Assembly (NCBI RefSeq): GCF_001194135.2
Contig: NC_068982.1
Coordinates: forward strand, 86,078,495 to 86,112,179
Reading direction: 5' to 3'
From: Octopus bimaculoides
Lineage: Eukaryota
DNA: 33,685 nt
Shown: positions 1 to 11,500 of the stretch, piece after piece
How positions within the stretch are numbered: position 1 is the first letter of the stretch
Layout of the letters: each line of letters starts with the position of its first letter
Translations under genes and position numbers: made by a program
Notes under the pieces: generated by a model
The model's input: only the letters and a program-made list of their open reading frames with translations
Told to the model about the DNA's origin: nothing
Database searches by the model: none

Positions 1-267
1 CCCCTGGACTGATTCTTGTGCGGGTGGTACATGAAATGCACCATTTTGAGCATGGCCGTTGCCAGTACTGCCTGACTGGCCTTCGTGCTGGTGGCACGTA
101 CAAGCACCCACTACACTCTCGGAGTGGTTGGCGTTAGGAAGGGCATCCAGCTGTAGAAACTCTGTCAAATCAGATTGGAGCCTGGTGTAGCCATCTGGTT
201 TCACCAGTCCTCAGTCAAATCGTCCAACCCATGCTAGCATGGAAAGCAGACGTTAAATGACGACGAC
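1..267 (+). mobile_element. 3' UTR/tail of a young RTE-clade LINE (5' part outside window)
   Basis: Same sequence as the 3' UTR that follows the RTE RT C-terminus at 24701-25013 and, inverted, at 32690-32990 (motif GGCGTTAGGAAGGGCATCCAGCTGTAGAAAC); ends in a short (GAC/GAT)n tail. Confidence 0.85.
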
Positions 268-607
268 TATTAAAGTTGGATGTGATGGTCTTTTTTTTAC
301 CAATTTTGAATACAGTCAGGATAATTTGTGTTAGTGTTTACATATTCATTTTGGATTTTTTTCTCTCTCTCCTACTAACGAGTTTGTAAGTTACAGATGT
401 TATTAATACCTTTAATTTATGTTTCTAATGCTTTAAGCAAGGAATTAGTTTTCACATTTTGTCTGTTTTTTAATCTAAGTCTACCTGCAATTCTGAGAAA
501 GGTTTGAGGTGGTTGTGGGATGTACTAGAAACAACGGCTAAATTTCCTTTAAATCATACATTAAACCATTTGAAAAAAATTTTTTAAATGTTTTTTCATA
601 CCAAAAA

Positions 608-1351
608 GGTTTCTCTCATCATTCTTAAGTGCATAGCACAAACAAAATTGGCCGAAATTGGACCCGAAGGGAAGGTAGAAAGGATCATAAATTCTCCAAA
701 AATATTGAAAAAATCCATGACAAAACAGAGAAAATCCAACTTATATGGGTGTCCTGATTCTAAATTCTGTCATTTATAACCATTTTTTAGTAGACCATTA
801 AAATTTTATTGAAATGTTGTCATGTCCCAAAATCTCAGGATTTATTTAGTGCTATACTGACTATAAATGTGCCAAAATTCAAGTTCACATGGCTTGTACT
901 TTTGGATTTAGCTAGGTCTGAATATACTGCAAAATTGACCATCTGTTATGCATAACAAAATAGGCTTTACATAAATATTTAAAATATTGCCAAAAAAAGT
1001 TTTCTTTCCAAGAACCTGAGAAAAAGTAGGCAACTGCTATACCAGGGTCACTATTAATTTCTGTAATTTGAAGATAATTATTACTCCAGTCTCAAAGACA
1101 TGACATCACAAATATAGCTACTTATTCAGTTAGGCGAATTAGGCAAAATTTTGACCAATTTGTAGGCCAGTCAAATTGTCATATTTCTTAAAATATTCAT
1201 CCAAATTTCACAAATGAGGTATCAAAATGTTTCTTTTTGGATGCACTCCAAGAAAAAGTACAATGAAAATTATACTTGAATATTTACAAAAATTCATAGT
1301 GATACCTTGTAAAAGGCACTTACTTAAGATACCATATAATGAGAGTGAACC
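608..1351. mobile_element. Possible non-autonomous DNA-transposon remnant, unclassified
   Basis: Imperfect inverted ends: 608-630 GGTTTCTCTCATCATTCTTAAGT vs reverse complement of 1322-1351 GGTTCACTCTCATTATATGGTATCTTAAGT; AT-rich non-coding interior; no TSD identified. Confidence 0.25.
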
Positions 1352-1412
1352 CAATATCTCATGACTGTGAAGAAACTTCTTAAATACTTGGCCATGCCTG
1401 CATTCAAACACA

Positions 1413-2775
1413 CATCATCATCATCACTGTTTAACATCAACCTTCCATGCTGGTATTGCTTGGATGGTTTGACAGAATTTGGTGTTCCAGAAGACTACAT
1501 TGAGCTCCAGTGTCTGCTTTGGCCTGGTTTCTGTGATTGGATGCCCTTCCTAATGCCAGTCACTTCATAGAGTATATTGGGTTCTATTTTTGTGGTATCA
1601 GCATTGGTGAGGCCACCAAGTAACTCACAAGACAAACCCCTTTGACTGAATGGTGGTTTGGTATTGAAGGAAGTGGCTTTATGACAGGTGTTAAGAGACA
1701 GACTTACAGTAGAGGAGCTACATGGCTTTTCCAGATAGAAAGATAGAAAATATGTTGATGATGAATTGTCAGGGTACCTAAAGGTACAAGAAAGTAAATA
1801 GAAGAAAAAATAGGGCTAGAAGATCAGAAAGGATAGGTAAATTCAAGAAAGTGTGAAAGGAGAGTGACAGATGGTTAGAGATGAGGATAAAGATGAATTC
1901 TGCAAAATGTGAATATAGGAGGGTGAATGGTGAATTTCAGTTTGATGAGAAAAGAAAGAAACAGTAGGAGTGTGTTTGGAAGGAGGAGATGATAAGTAGC
2001 AGTACATAAAGGAAGTGGCTAGAGGGCACTATAGACAGATAAGAAATAACAGTATGATGCAAAGTGTGGTGGATGAGAGAAGTATGCACTGTGACAGAGG
2101 TATGAAGAGGCAGAAACAGTAGCATTGCTGTTTGTACACAAGTGTCATACAATCTGCCTTTCACTCTAACAGAGAGGCTTTTTCCTACCAACTTCAGTCA
2201 GTTTTTATACTAGCAATTATATTTTCGACATTCTCCTCTATTGCTAATTAGGTCACTTAGATAAGAGAAAATATCTACTATTTCTAAGGATCTTCTTGGA
2301 TATTCAAGAAAAATCTATTTCCTATATCTTCTTAGTGTTCATTGCTCCTATATATCTGCCAAAAGCAAAGTCTACCTTCTTTGTTAACCTGCCTATAATT
2401 TCAATGCATCTTTTATATGTTCATAGTTTGCAATGGGTAAACTGCATGGAATTTCTACCTATACCTTTCCTACATATCAAACAATGCTATTTTCTTGAAG
2501 GGATTAGCATCTTTTCTGTTTTCCTACTTACAAGAATTTTGGTCTGTGTTAAATTAACTTTAAGGTCTCTGATTTCAGTGTAACTCTTTTGCTAATTCTA
2601 CAATGAATGCAGTATAGAGGAGCTTCCACAGGCAACCAGTTTTAAAATCTTCTATTATGGCCTGAAGAATTATTATGAATAGTGGGTCACTGAGACCCAA
2701 ACCCTGGTGAAGCCCTACCTGCACACTAAATTTGTTGCTGTATTCATTGCTATCTCTCATTCACTGACAGCAGAT
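1413..2775 (-). mobile_element. Old, degenerate RTE-clade LINE (RT fragment, pyrimidine-rich spacer, 3' tail)
   Basis: Minus-strand remnants VQVGLHQGLGLSDPLFIIILQAI..CLWKLLYT (RT QG..LSP.LF and decayed YADD region, 2575-2760) and LSVRVKGRLYDTCVQTAML (about 2120-2190) match the RTE at 23590-24320; RTE 3' UTR with (GAT)n tail at 1413-1640. Confidence 0.8.
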
Positions 2776-2800
2776 CAGGGAGTGAGAGACACAGTTGAAG

Positions 2801-3178
2801 GCATCAAGCATATTCGGACTGATATTAACAATGCAGATTTACTTATCACTCCCCTCCATAATTTACTAACAGTGAGTCACTTTATAGTGCTATCAGTCAC
2901 TGTATGGTGACTGGAAAAGCATAAGAGGTAATCTCATCAATCAGTTCATAGCATTGTCTGGCTGGTGTCTGTGGCTGATGACATGATAACTACTCCAAAA
3001 TGTTAGCATCTCACGGTTTAGGTAAGTGGCACTGCGAACTGATCTAGGTGTATACACACCATTTGTCAAAAAGTAAAATATATTTTCCATGACAAAATGC
3101 AGTGAGTAGCTTGTTCCCCAGTTTGAATGTGCATCAGGCATATTCGGACTGATAATAACATTGCAGTTTTACTTATCA
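2801..3178. repeat. 48-bp direct repeat pair (2801-2848 and 3131-3178), 330 bp apart
   Basis: GCATCAAGCATATTCGGACTGATATTAACAATGCAGATTTACTTATCA vs GCATCAGGCATATTCGGACTGATAATAACATTGCAGTTTTACTTATCA, 44/48 identical. Confidence 0.9.
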
Positions 3179-3400
3179 GTGCTTAGCGCTCCCCGACAGT
3201 ATCAGAAGGCATCAAGAGGAATATAAAGGAAATTGAAATAGTGCCCAGTAGAACTGTTACAAAAGGTTTACCTCCTTAGCACAACCAGAATAATCAGAAA
3301 AGTATTAGATAGTTGAAAAGAACAGCTAGCATGGTACCATAGGCTGCAGGCAGCAAGCCTGCTATGCAATACAAGACTCCAGGAGTTAGACAAAGCCTGA

Positions 3401-3417
3401 GATGATGATGATGATGA

Positions 3418-3468
<51 letters not shown>

Positions 3469-3470
3469 GA
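3401..3470. repeat. Compound (GAT)n(ATT)n microsatellite
   Basis: Directly visible tandem trinucleotides. Confidence 0.95.
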
Positions 3471-3485
3471 TAGGCTGGTGAACTG

Positions 3486-4305
3486 ATAGCTAATATTGGC
3501 AACCTCTCTTCTTCTAAATAAATTTTTGAGAAAGCAGCCCTCTGCTATAATAATGCCCTAGCCAATAGTGGCTTCAAAGATAAATTATTATATAATCCCT
3601 CTAATATTAATCAGAATAATAATAAAATGCCTAAAAATAGACCAAGGTAAATTATTTGGTTCACCCCTCCCTTTTCCCTTAATGTAAAAACAAACATAGG
3701 TAAAAGATTCCTGTCTCTCCTAGACAAACATTTTCCAGTAGCTCTCAGGTACAGGAAAATATTTAACAGGCATTTTGTAAAATTGTCATATAGCTGCTGC
3801 ACCAATATGAAGAGTATCATTACACGAGGTCAACATCAAGAGCCTAAATCCAGTTGTAACTGTTGAGACCCAGGATCCTGCCCACTTGACCAGTGATATA
3901 TGATTAAAGCTGTCATATATGAGGCAGAAGTTACTGCAATGCTAGAGGATAATACAACTGATAAGAAGACTTATGCTGGAGTATGTGAAGGAGAATATAA
4001 AAATTTCCTATGCTAATCACATAACTTCTTTCCAACATAAGGACAAAAGCAAAGCTACTAAGTCGGCTAGCTACATATGTTGTTTGAAATCTAATGCAAC
4101 ACCACATATGATTAAGCGGAAAATATCGAAAAATCCACACCTTATGTTAATGGATCAAATAAATGTAAACTATGCTAAGCCGAAGGAGCTCAGATCTAAG
4201 ATCTCTAACTCACTACTAAACTCTAGGTCTGAGATTTTCAGTGGTTGTAAACATATGCCTAAGTTTCTTTTGAAGAATTGGAAAATTCCAGCTATACCAG
4301 ATTAA
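3486..4305 (+). mobile_element. 5'-truncated Penelope-like retroelement (Neptune/Naiad-type): RT C-terminus, Cys linker, GIY-YIG endonuclease; pseudogenised
   Basis: One frame 3486-4000 with stops reads ..YNNALANSGFKDKLLY..IIWFTPPFSLNVKTNIGKRFLSLLDKHFP..KIFNRHFVKLSYSCCTNM..CNC*DPGSCPL..VIYEAEV..KKTYAGVCEGEYK; after a 1-nt frameshift, YANHITSFQHK..LLNSRSEIFSGCKHMPKFLL. These are characteristic PLE motifs (WFxPP, CxC..CPL linker, VIY..YxG). Confidence 0.85.
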
Positions 4306-4415
4306 TTTTGTCATTTTCCGTTTTTTAACCTTCTGCATTTTCTATGTTACCTTCTCAACTCTTTGTGTTTCTTCTCTCATTCAGTTTTTAGTTCCTTATG
4401 GTATGTGGTTTGTGC

Positions 4416-4441
4416 CTGATGATTGTGCTGAGATGTTACAT
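4416..4441 (+). ncRNA. Truncated hammerhead-like motif downstream of the PLE ORF
   Basis: CTGATGA at 4416-4422, then a possible stem II TGTG(4424-27)/TACA(4437-40); the GAAA half is absent. The position after a T-rich 3' region fits PLE-associated hammerheads. Confidence 0.3.
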
Positions 4442-4515
4442 ATATTATAGTTTATTATTTTGGCATATTCTTTCTATTAGTAGCACATAAAAATGTATTC
4501 TGTCTATTAAATAAT

Positions 4516-4688
4516 ACAGGTGTGGCTGTGTGGAAAGTAGCTTGCTTAACAACCACATGGTTCTGGGTTCAGTCCCACTGCATGGCACATTGGGCAAGTG
4601 TCTTCTACTATAGCCTCGGGCCAACCAAAGCCTTGTGAGTGGATTTGGTAGACGGAAAATGAAAGAAGCCCATTGTGTGTGTGTGTAC

Positions 4689-4720
<32 letters not shown>

Positions 4721-4862
4721 GCACACATACATATATGTGTATATATGTGTGCGTGTATGTTTGTGTGTCTGTGTTTGTCCCCCCACCATCGCTTGACAAT
4801 TGATGCTGGTGTGTTTACGTCTCCAAAACTTAGCAGTCCGGCAAAGAGACCAATAGAATAAG
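4516..4862 (+). mobile_element. tRNA-derived SINE (family A), with internal microsatellite, 3' end lost in gap
   Basis: A-box-like TGGCTGTGTGG (4523-4533), B-box-like GGTTCAGTCCC (4566-4576); body shared with 5564-5716 and 13560-13715; tail shared with 23040-23245 and 29651-29855. Confidence 0.85.
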
Positions 4863-5081
4863 NNNNNNNNNNNNNNNNNNNNNNNNNNNNNNNNNNNNNN
4901 NNNNNNNNNNNNNNNNNNNNNNNNNNNNNNNNNNNNNNNNNNNNNNNNNNNNNNNNNNNNNNNNNNNNNNNNNNNNNNNNNNNNNNNNNNNNNNNNNNNN
5001 NATATATGTATATATATAGTTGAAATTTGTAGAAAAACAAAAGACGAAGACAAATGTATGAACAACAAGCAAGTGTATTAG

Positions 5082-5143
5082 TTTGATGTTCAGGAAAATA
5101 AAAAAAGTCTTTTATGTTTCGAGACTACACTCTTCAACAGAAA
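5082..5143 (-). ncRNA. Degenerate type I hammerhead-like motif in a microsatellite-associated repeat
   Basis: Minus strand: TTT-CTGTTGA-A-GAG(TGTAGT)CTC-GAAA-CAT..AACATC-AAA. Core A6 is changed to T; stem III pairs only if two CpG-decay mutations are reverted. Confidence 0.35.
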
Positions 5144-5563
5144 GGAATAAGAGAATATAAACAGAGAGAGAATGAAAAAAAACTTGTAGATTGAGTGGTC
5201 AGGCAAATCTGACATTGATGAAAGAGTTCCAGAGCCCCCAACACCACTCGATTAGAAAGTGGTCTTGAAAGTTTTGATTTCAGTGACACGAATCTTTTTG
5301 GAACTCTTAAGGAAAAAAAAAATCAAAGCAGAGTTGCGAACCGAACAAGCATCCAGCAAAGCAAACAACACTTGACTAATTTTTCATTCAATGACATTGA
5401 TTATAATGTTTTCATTTGTGTATTCGCATATGCATGTATTTTGATAAACACACATATTTAATCACTTGGTGAATTTTGTTCCTTCGGTTAATCAACCCCT
5501 TGTTTAATAAATCCAAAATAGGCGGTCCCAAGATGGATTATAAAGCGGAGTCAACTGTATATA

Positions 5564-5716
5564 TGATGGGCTTCTTTCAGTTTCCATCTACCAAATCTGC
5601 TCAGGGCTTTGGTTGGCCCAAGGATATAGCAGAAGACATTTTCCCACAGTACCATGCAGTGGGACTAAACCTGAAACCATGTGGTTGAGAAGCTAACTTC
5701 TTACTTTACAGCCAAG
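5564..5716 (-). mobile_element. tRNA-derived SINE family A, head/body
   Basis: Reverse complement aligns to 4516-4675. Confidence 0.8.
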
Positions 5717-6424
5717 CAATTTCCTAATGTCAATCCTGGGAATTTTGTCTTTTGTGGTTAGCACTTTTGAATTGGTATGGAAAATCTATTTCTAAATTCT
5801 AGTATAAAGAAATGCATTCAGTAATTTTGGTTTGGTTACACTGAAAGATAAACCAGAAATAAAATAAGATTTTACTTACATTGGAATTTATATATAAATT
5901 ATCTAAAAATAGCACAACACCTAAGAAAGTAACAAAATAGTCAAGCACTTGTCATGAATGCCATTCAAATGTTCTAGTATCTCAGTATTAATTCAAAAAA
6001 AGAAAAATCTAAAGTGAACTATATAATTCATCATTATCTTAAGTATAATATTATACTTTAAAACCAGTTACTTCAAGCTTAAAATCAGAACAGGATGTTT
6101 CTGGATATTGCTGATAAGCAAACTATGTACAAAGCTACAAGTGTTTTCAGCATAATGTATATGTATACATTGTAAATAGTTAATATTTTTACTTACACAT
6201 TAACATTTTATATATTCAAAGAAAGAAAGTATAACCAGTTAGTGATAACTTAATGAGGAAAACAGAACATTTAGAACATTTAAAAGAAGAGAATTCTTAA
6301 AACAACTGAATAAAAATGGTAATGACCAGCAGATATCTTTATAAATATAAATTTGCCAGATGATCTTGCAGCATAGTATTGAAATTCAGTGAATGTAGAG
6401 TGTGCATGTATGTGTATTGGCACA

Positions 6425-7420
6425 AGCATGGTTCCCATGATTGGATGCCTTTCCTAACACCAACTACTTCACAGAGTATATTTGGTATCTTTGTAACACC
6501 AGTATTAGTGAGGTTGCTAAGTAACTTTCAAGACAAAGAAAAAGAAGCTCCCTCCCTCAATTGAGTGGGGTTTAGTAGAGGGAGATGTGGTTTTATGCCA
6601 GGAGTTGAGACATTAAAGTATGATAGAAGGACAAACACAGATGTCTTATTACAGAAGAGATCTATGACTACATCGTATTATGTAGGAGTGGGTGAGAGTA
6701 AGTAAAAATGTTAAAGATGAGGTGTCAGACCATATTCTCAAAGTACAAGGTGAACATATGACAGAATATGAATTAAGGATGGTGAGGTGTGAGTGGATAA
6801 TTTCATTGGAGTGTGAGAGGAGAGTGACAAGTAGTTAGAGTTGGAGATATAGGCTAATGTAGAGATTGATGTACAAGCGTGGTGATGTGGTCAGTAGTAA
6901 ATATCAGTATGGGAGAGAAGGTAAAAGAAATAGCTTGGAAAGAAGATGATAAGTGGCAGTACAGGATGGGTAGAGAGTAACAATATAAAATATCTGTAAA
7001 TAGATAAAAAAATAGGGAAATCTGGAGAGAGTTCAGAAAACAAGGAGATGGTGTGTAGGTAGGAGAGTGGGAGATGTCCAGGGACAGAGATGGCAGTCAG
7101 AGGTACATAGTAATGATGGAGGGTAGCAACAGCAGGTGTGAGAGTGATAGCAGATATGTGAGGGTGTTAAAGAGGAGGTGTGTCAGTCCTAAAATGTAAC
7201 TGCAGAGGAGAGTAAGAGATACCTGGAGACACATAGAGGGATAATTTTGAGAATGAGGGATGGAAAGTAGTGAAAAGAGAAAAAAATATGTGAGGATTTT
7301 GCTGTTATATAACAGCAGCTGATTAATGGCATTGTTAGAAACATGATGGAAAGATGGGTATTAGGAAAATAACAGGTGGAGAAAGCTTGACAGAAGCAAA
7401 TTGGGTGTGGGGGCAGGGCC
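6425..7420 (-). mobile_element. Old RTE-tailed repeat with long purine/pyrimidine-skewed body
   Basis: TGGATGCCTTTCCTAACACCA RTE-tail motif; colinear blocks shared with 1540-2100 (AAGTAACT..CAAGACA; GGAGAGTGACA..GTTAGAG). Confidence 0.6.
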
Positions 7421-7446
7421 CAGTCAGTGTATCAACATAAACCTAA

Positions 7447-8408
7447 TATTGGGTCATCTCATAAATAAGGCATATTGTTTTTAATATTCTTTTATTTTTC
7501 ATAAGTAAGATAAACAAAGTTCATTTTTAATCTAAGATATACTCTCCACCATAGCCTACAATGCTCTTCCATCTAGCTGGTAGACTTGCAAGGCCCCTCT
7601 TCTAAAATTCATTTGTCTGTGATGAAAAACACTCCTCTGGTATTGTTCTGATCTCATCTACAGAATTCATATCTTTTCCATCCAAATGATTTTGAAGACT
7701 GTAGAATAAATGATAATCAGATAGAGCAATGTCTGGTGAATATGGCGGGTGGGGCATTGTTTCCCATTCAGACTGCTCCAGCCTTTGGAATGTCATCCTT
7801 GCTGTATGTGGCTGAGCATTATCCTGATGGAAGAACATCTTTCCTCAAGCTGCTTGCAGTAGATGTCCTTTGTTATCATTTGGTTTAGGTTTAAAAGTTC
7901 AAAGTGGATTAAACCATTCATATTCCACCAAATAGATAACAATACTTTACATGGGTAAAGACCATCTTTAGCCTGGGGTGCTATTGTTTCTCCTTTCCCT
8001 ATCCACTGTCTTCAGCGCTTGACATTTTTATAGAGAACCCATTTCTCATCACCAGTCACTATTCGGTTAAAAAAAGGTTCATTCGTGAGATGTGACAGCA
8101 AAGAAGAGCACACATTCACTCTCTGCACGCGGTTAGACTTGAAAAGTTTGTGAGGAACCCATTGACCTAATTTGCTGACTTCTCTGATGGCACACAGGTG
8201 TCAATGAATAGTTGAATGACCAAATCCAAGCTTCTCTGCTACTCCCTCAACAGTTATGATGGGATTTTGTTCCACCAGGGTTTGAAGGATGTCCTTGTCG
8301 AGCTCTACAGGTCTTCCAGGATGAGGCTCATCTTCTAGGTTGTGGTTTCTGGCTCGGAATTTCTGGAACCAATACTGACACTGGCTTATGCTTATTGTCC
8401 AATCCCCA
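7447..8408 (-). mobile_element. Mariner (DD34D) transposon, 5' end missing, transposase pseudogene
   Basis: Minus-strand motifs WFQKFRARNHNLEDEPHPGRP (HTH), QWVPH, VTGDEKWVLY, HQDNAQPH..HPPYSPDIALSDYHLF with 34 residues between the 2nd and 3rd Asp; TA followed by TTGGGTCATC.. as the likely 3' TIR at about 7447-7470. Confidence 0.92.
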
Positions 8409-8442
8409 CTGAGTGCTTTCTAGATATCTGCCTGGATTTACT

Positions 8443-8446
<4 letters not shown>

Positions 8447-8499
<53 letters not shown>

Positions 8500-8501
8500 T
8501 A

Positions 8502-8533
<32 letters not shown>

Positions 8534-8537
8534 TCTA
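8447..8537. repeat. (AT)n plus (TCTG/TCTA)n compound microsatellite
   Basis: Directly visible. Confidence 0.95.
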
Positions 8538-11500
8538 CACCTCCCGGAAACATTTTGAAACCTACCACAAACAACACCAACGCCACAAAAATACACACAG
8601 CAAACATGCTCACAGCTATAGACACTAAAATCACAGATTTGATGGAATACATCAAATCAAAAACAAACCTAACAAAAGATGACATAAAAACAAACAACCA
8701 CCCATATACAACACCACTGGAACACATCAAAATACTATAAATCTCACGAAGCCTACACCACACACTAAAAGGTATTTTCCTCAGTGCAGTTGGTAAATGC
8801 CAAAAATAACTTACAAAGAAAATTTATTGGGATCTCCTCGATGACAAACCGAAGGAAGAAAAAGCAAAACCTTTCCAGCAGCAAGTAACCCTCTGTTCCT
8901 TTAATTTTTGTTTTGACTCACTAGGATTATGATCAAGATTGGTTGTGTGAATGCGTGTGGCTTGGGGTCCCCTTGGAAAGAAGGGTACCTCTTAAATGAC
9001 ATAAAGTCACACAAGTTAGAAATCATAGCCATAAGTGAGACCAGACTCCATGAGCCATGGGCCCTAAAGTCCATGTTTGGCAGACAGTTTAACATTTATT
9101 TTTCTCCCTGTCTGCCGAGAATGGGCGGTACTTTTTTGCAAGAGTCTGGATCTCGAAGTAAAGACAATATTTGTAGACCCGGAGGGTAGACTGGTCGTCC
9201 TGGATGTTGACGGCAGCAATGGGTGTGCTTTTCAACTCGTATCAGTATACACACTGCCTTTAACAGGTCGGCTGGATTTCTTTCAACATCTAGAAGTATT
9301 CCTAGGAACATCTCATCCCTTACTTTTAATAAGGGATTGAAATGCTACCTTGGACACACATGTAAACTACGTGGGCAGAGATAGGAATAGATGGGGATGC
9401 AAATGCCTCAGAGACCTGCTCAGACGCTTTCAACTGTCTGACAGGTACCAACTCGACCACCTGAATGTGCCAACGTGGACACGGAACAATCGCATTGGGT
9501 CGTCGAGATTGTATCTAGAAAGGATACTGTGTAGGACAGTAGACAGAGATAGCGTAGGGTGTCCACAGTTTCCCATAGTCAGCTACATGGATCACAAACT
9601 TGTGACGCATACGCTAGACTTAGATAAGACACATAGGCAGGGTCCCGGGTACTGGAAACTAAACATGTCTTTCCCATCCAGACAGGTTTTCAGAGACTGG
9701 ATTAGCATGCTAGTAAAAAGGTCTTTGACGGGAGCCATCATCAACAACAAATGGTGGTTTTCCCTCAAGAGAGCAATAAAAGCAGAAGCGATTAGCTATA
9801 GCAAAGCACTAGCAATAGATAGAAACAGAATAGAGGGTGACCTAGTTAAGAAGCTAGAAGAGGCGATTAGAAGTGGCATCACATCTGATGTTTTGGTGGC
9901 GAAGTTGGCCCTCGACCAACAATTCAACGCCAAACATGAAGGGTGTGTTGTCAGAGCTAGGATGTGTGCTCTAAGGATCAAAGGTGTTGGAGCCACATGA
10001 GAAGCCCGGGTGGCAACAAAGCCACCATTTGGTCTCTGGTAGATGAACAGGGACGCGAATTACTCGAGCCAAGTAAAATGTGTGAGGCTTTTCAACAGCA
10101 TATTGCCTGACTGTTTGGGATGAGTGGCAAGCGAGAATGCAGGGTGGACTTCAGTACCTACCTGCACAGCCTGCCACGACTCTTGACAAGAGAGACAGGG
10201 TGCTGCAAAGTTGCCATCATGGTGGTGGAAGTGCAGGATGCGATGGCAGAATGCTCAAGGGACAAATTGCTGAGCTTTACAGTTGTATGCCAGACTTGTT
10301 TGGAGACATCTTAGCAGCAGTGTACTGCAACTGGCAGCAAAACGGGAGAATCCTCGGTTTTGTGAGCCGAGGAGCCGAGGAGCCGTAACACTGCTGAAGA
10401 AACATCCAAACAAGGGGGACGTAATAGATAACTTTAGGCCCATCACTCTGCTCAATGCAGACTTGAGAATTCTGGCCAAGGTGTTAGTCAAGAAGTTGGT
10501 GCTTGTCATCGAGAAACTGGTCGACAAGGCGCAAACGTGCACCGTGCTGGGCCAGAGCATCCATAACAACCTCCATCTGATGCACTACATTATAGACAGG
10601 GTAGTCGAGGAACCTGGCATGGGCGGAGCCCTGATCAATTTGGATCAATCCAAAGCTTTCGATAGGGTAGACCATTGATACTTGGAGGCTGTCCTCATAG
10701 CAGCTGGTTTCGATCCCTTCTTCCGCAGCTGGATAGTTGCCTTGTACAGAAGCATCCATTCGATAATTCATGTGAATGGACATCTATTGAGACCCTTTGA
10801 CATTGCACGTTCGGTCCATCAAGGATGCCCCCTCTTGTCGCTTCTTTACGTACTGACTCTCGAGCCACTACTGTGGGAGCTGGCAATGCTGAGGGGCATC
10901 CCATAAGAATTGGGATGAGGGACGAGCGTGTCCGCATATGTGGACGATGTCACTGTCCTAGTGTCTAGCCAGAAGCATATTGAGCTGGTTGGCGAGAAAC
11001 TGGAAGACTACGATTAGTAACTGGAGTAAAAATCAACCAGGAAATGTCAGTGAGCTTGCAGGTCGGCACCTGAAGAAGCAAACCCACGCTGTCCAGCAAC
11101 GCCTCCGTCGTGGGATGCTGGGCCAATAGTCCAGTCGAGTTGATTGGAGTCTGGTTTGGTCCGGACCTCCAAATGAACTGGAACAAGATAATGAATAGGG
11201 TGGTCACTCTCGCCCGGCAATGGGCTGAGAGGAAACTGTCCCTAAAAGGTCGGGTGGAGGTGGGAAACACGTACATCGTGTCCCTCATCTACTACCACCT
11301 GACCGTTTTGCCTTGTCCCAACCTACCATCATCAAACTGGAACACATTCTCTTCCGCTTCTTGTGGAAAAGATGCGTTCTGATGGTCAGGCAGTCCGTTT
11401 GCTGCCAAAACCTGTTAAAAGGAGGGGTAGGCATGCCAAGGTTGATGATGCATAGATACGCACTGAGACAGTGACATCTCTGGCTCTATGTAGACGATGG

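Noticed and set aside
5220-5462. About 80-codon open frame without ATG (..LESFDFSDTNLFGTLKE..)
   Set aside because: No start codon, no convincing splice pair, no recognisable motif.
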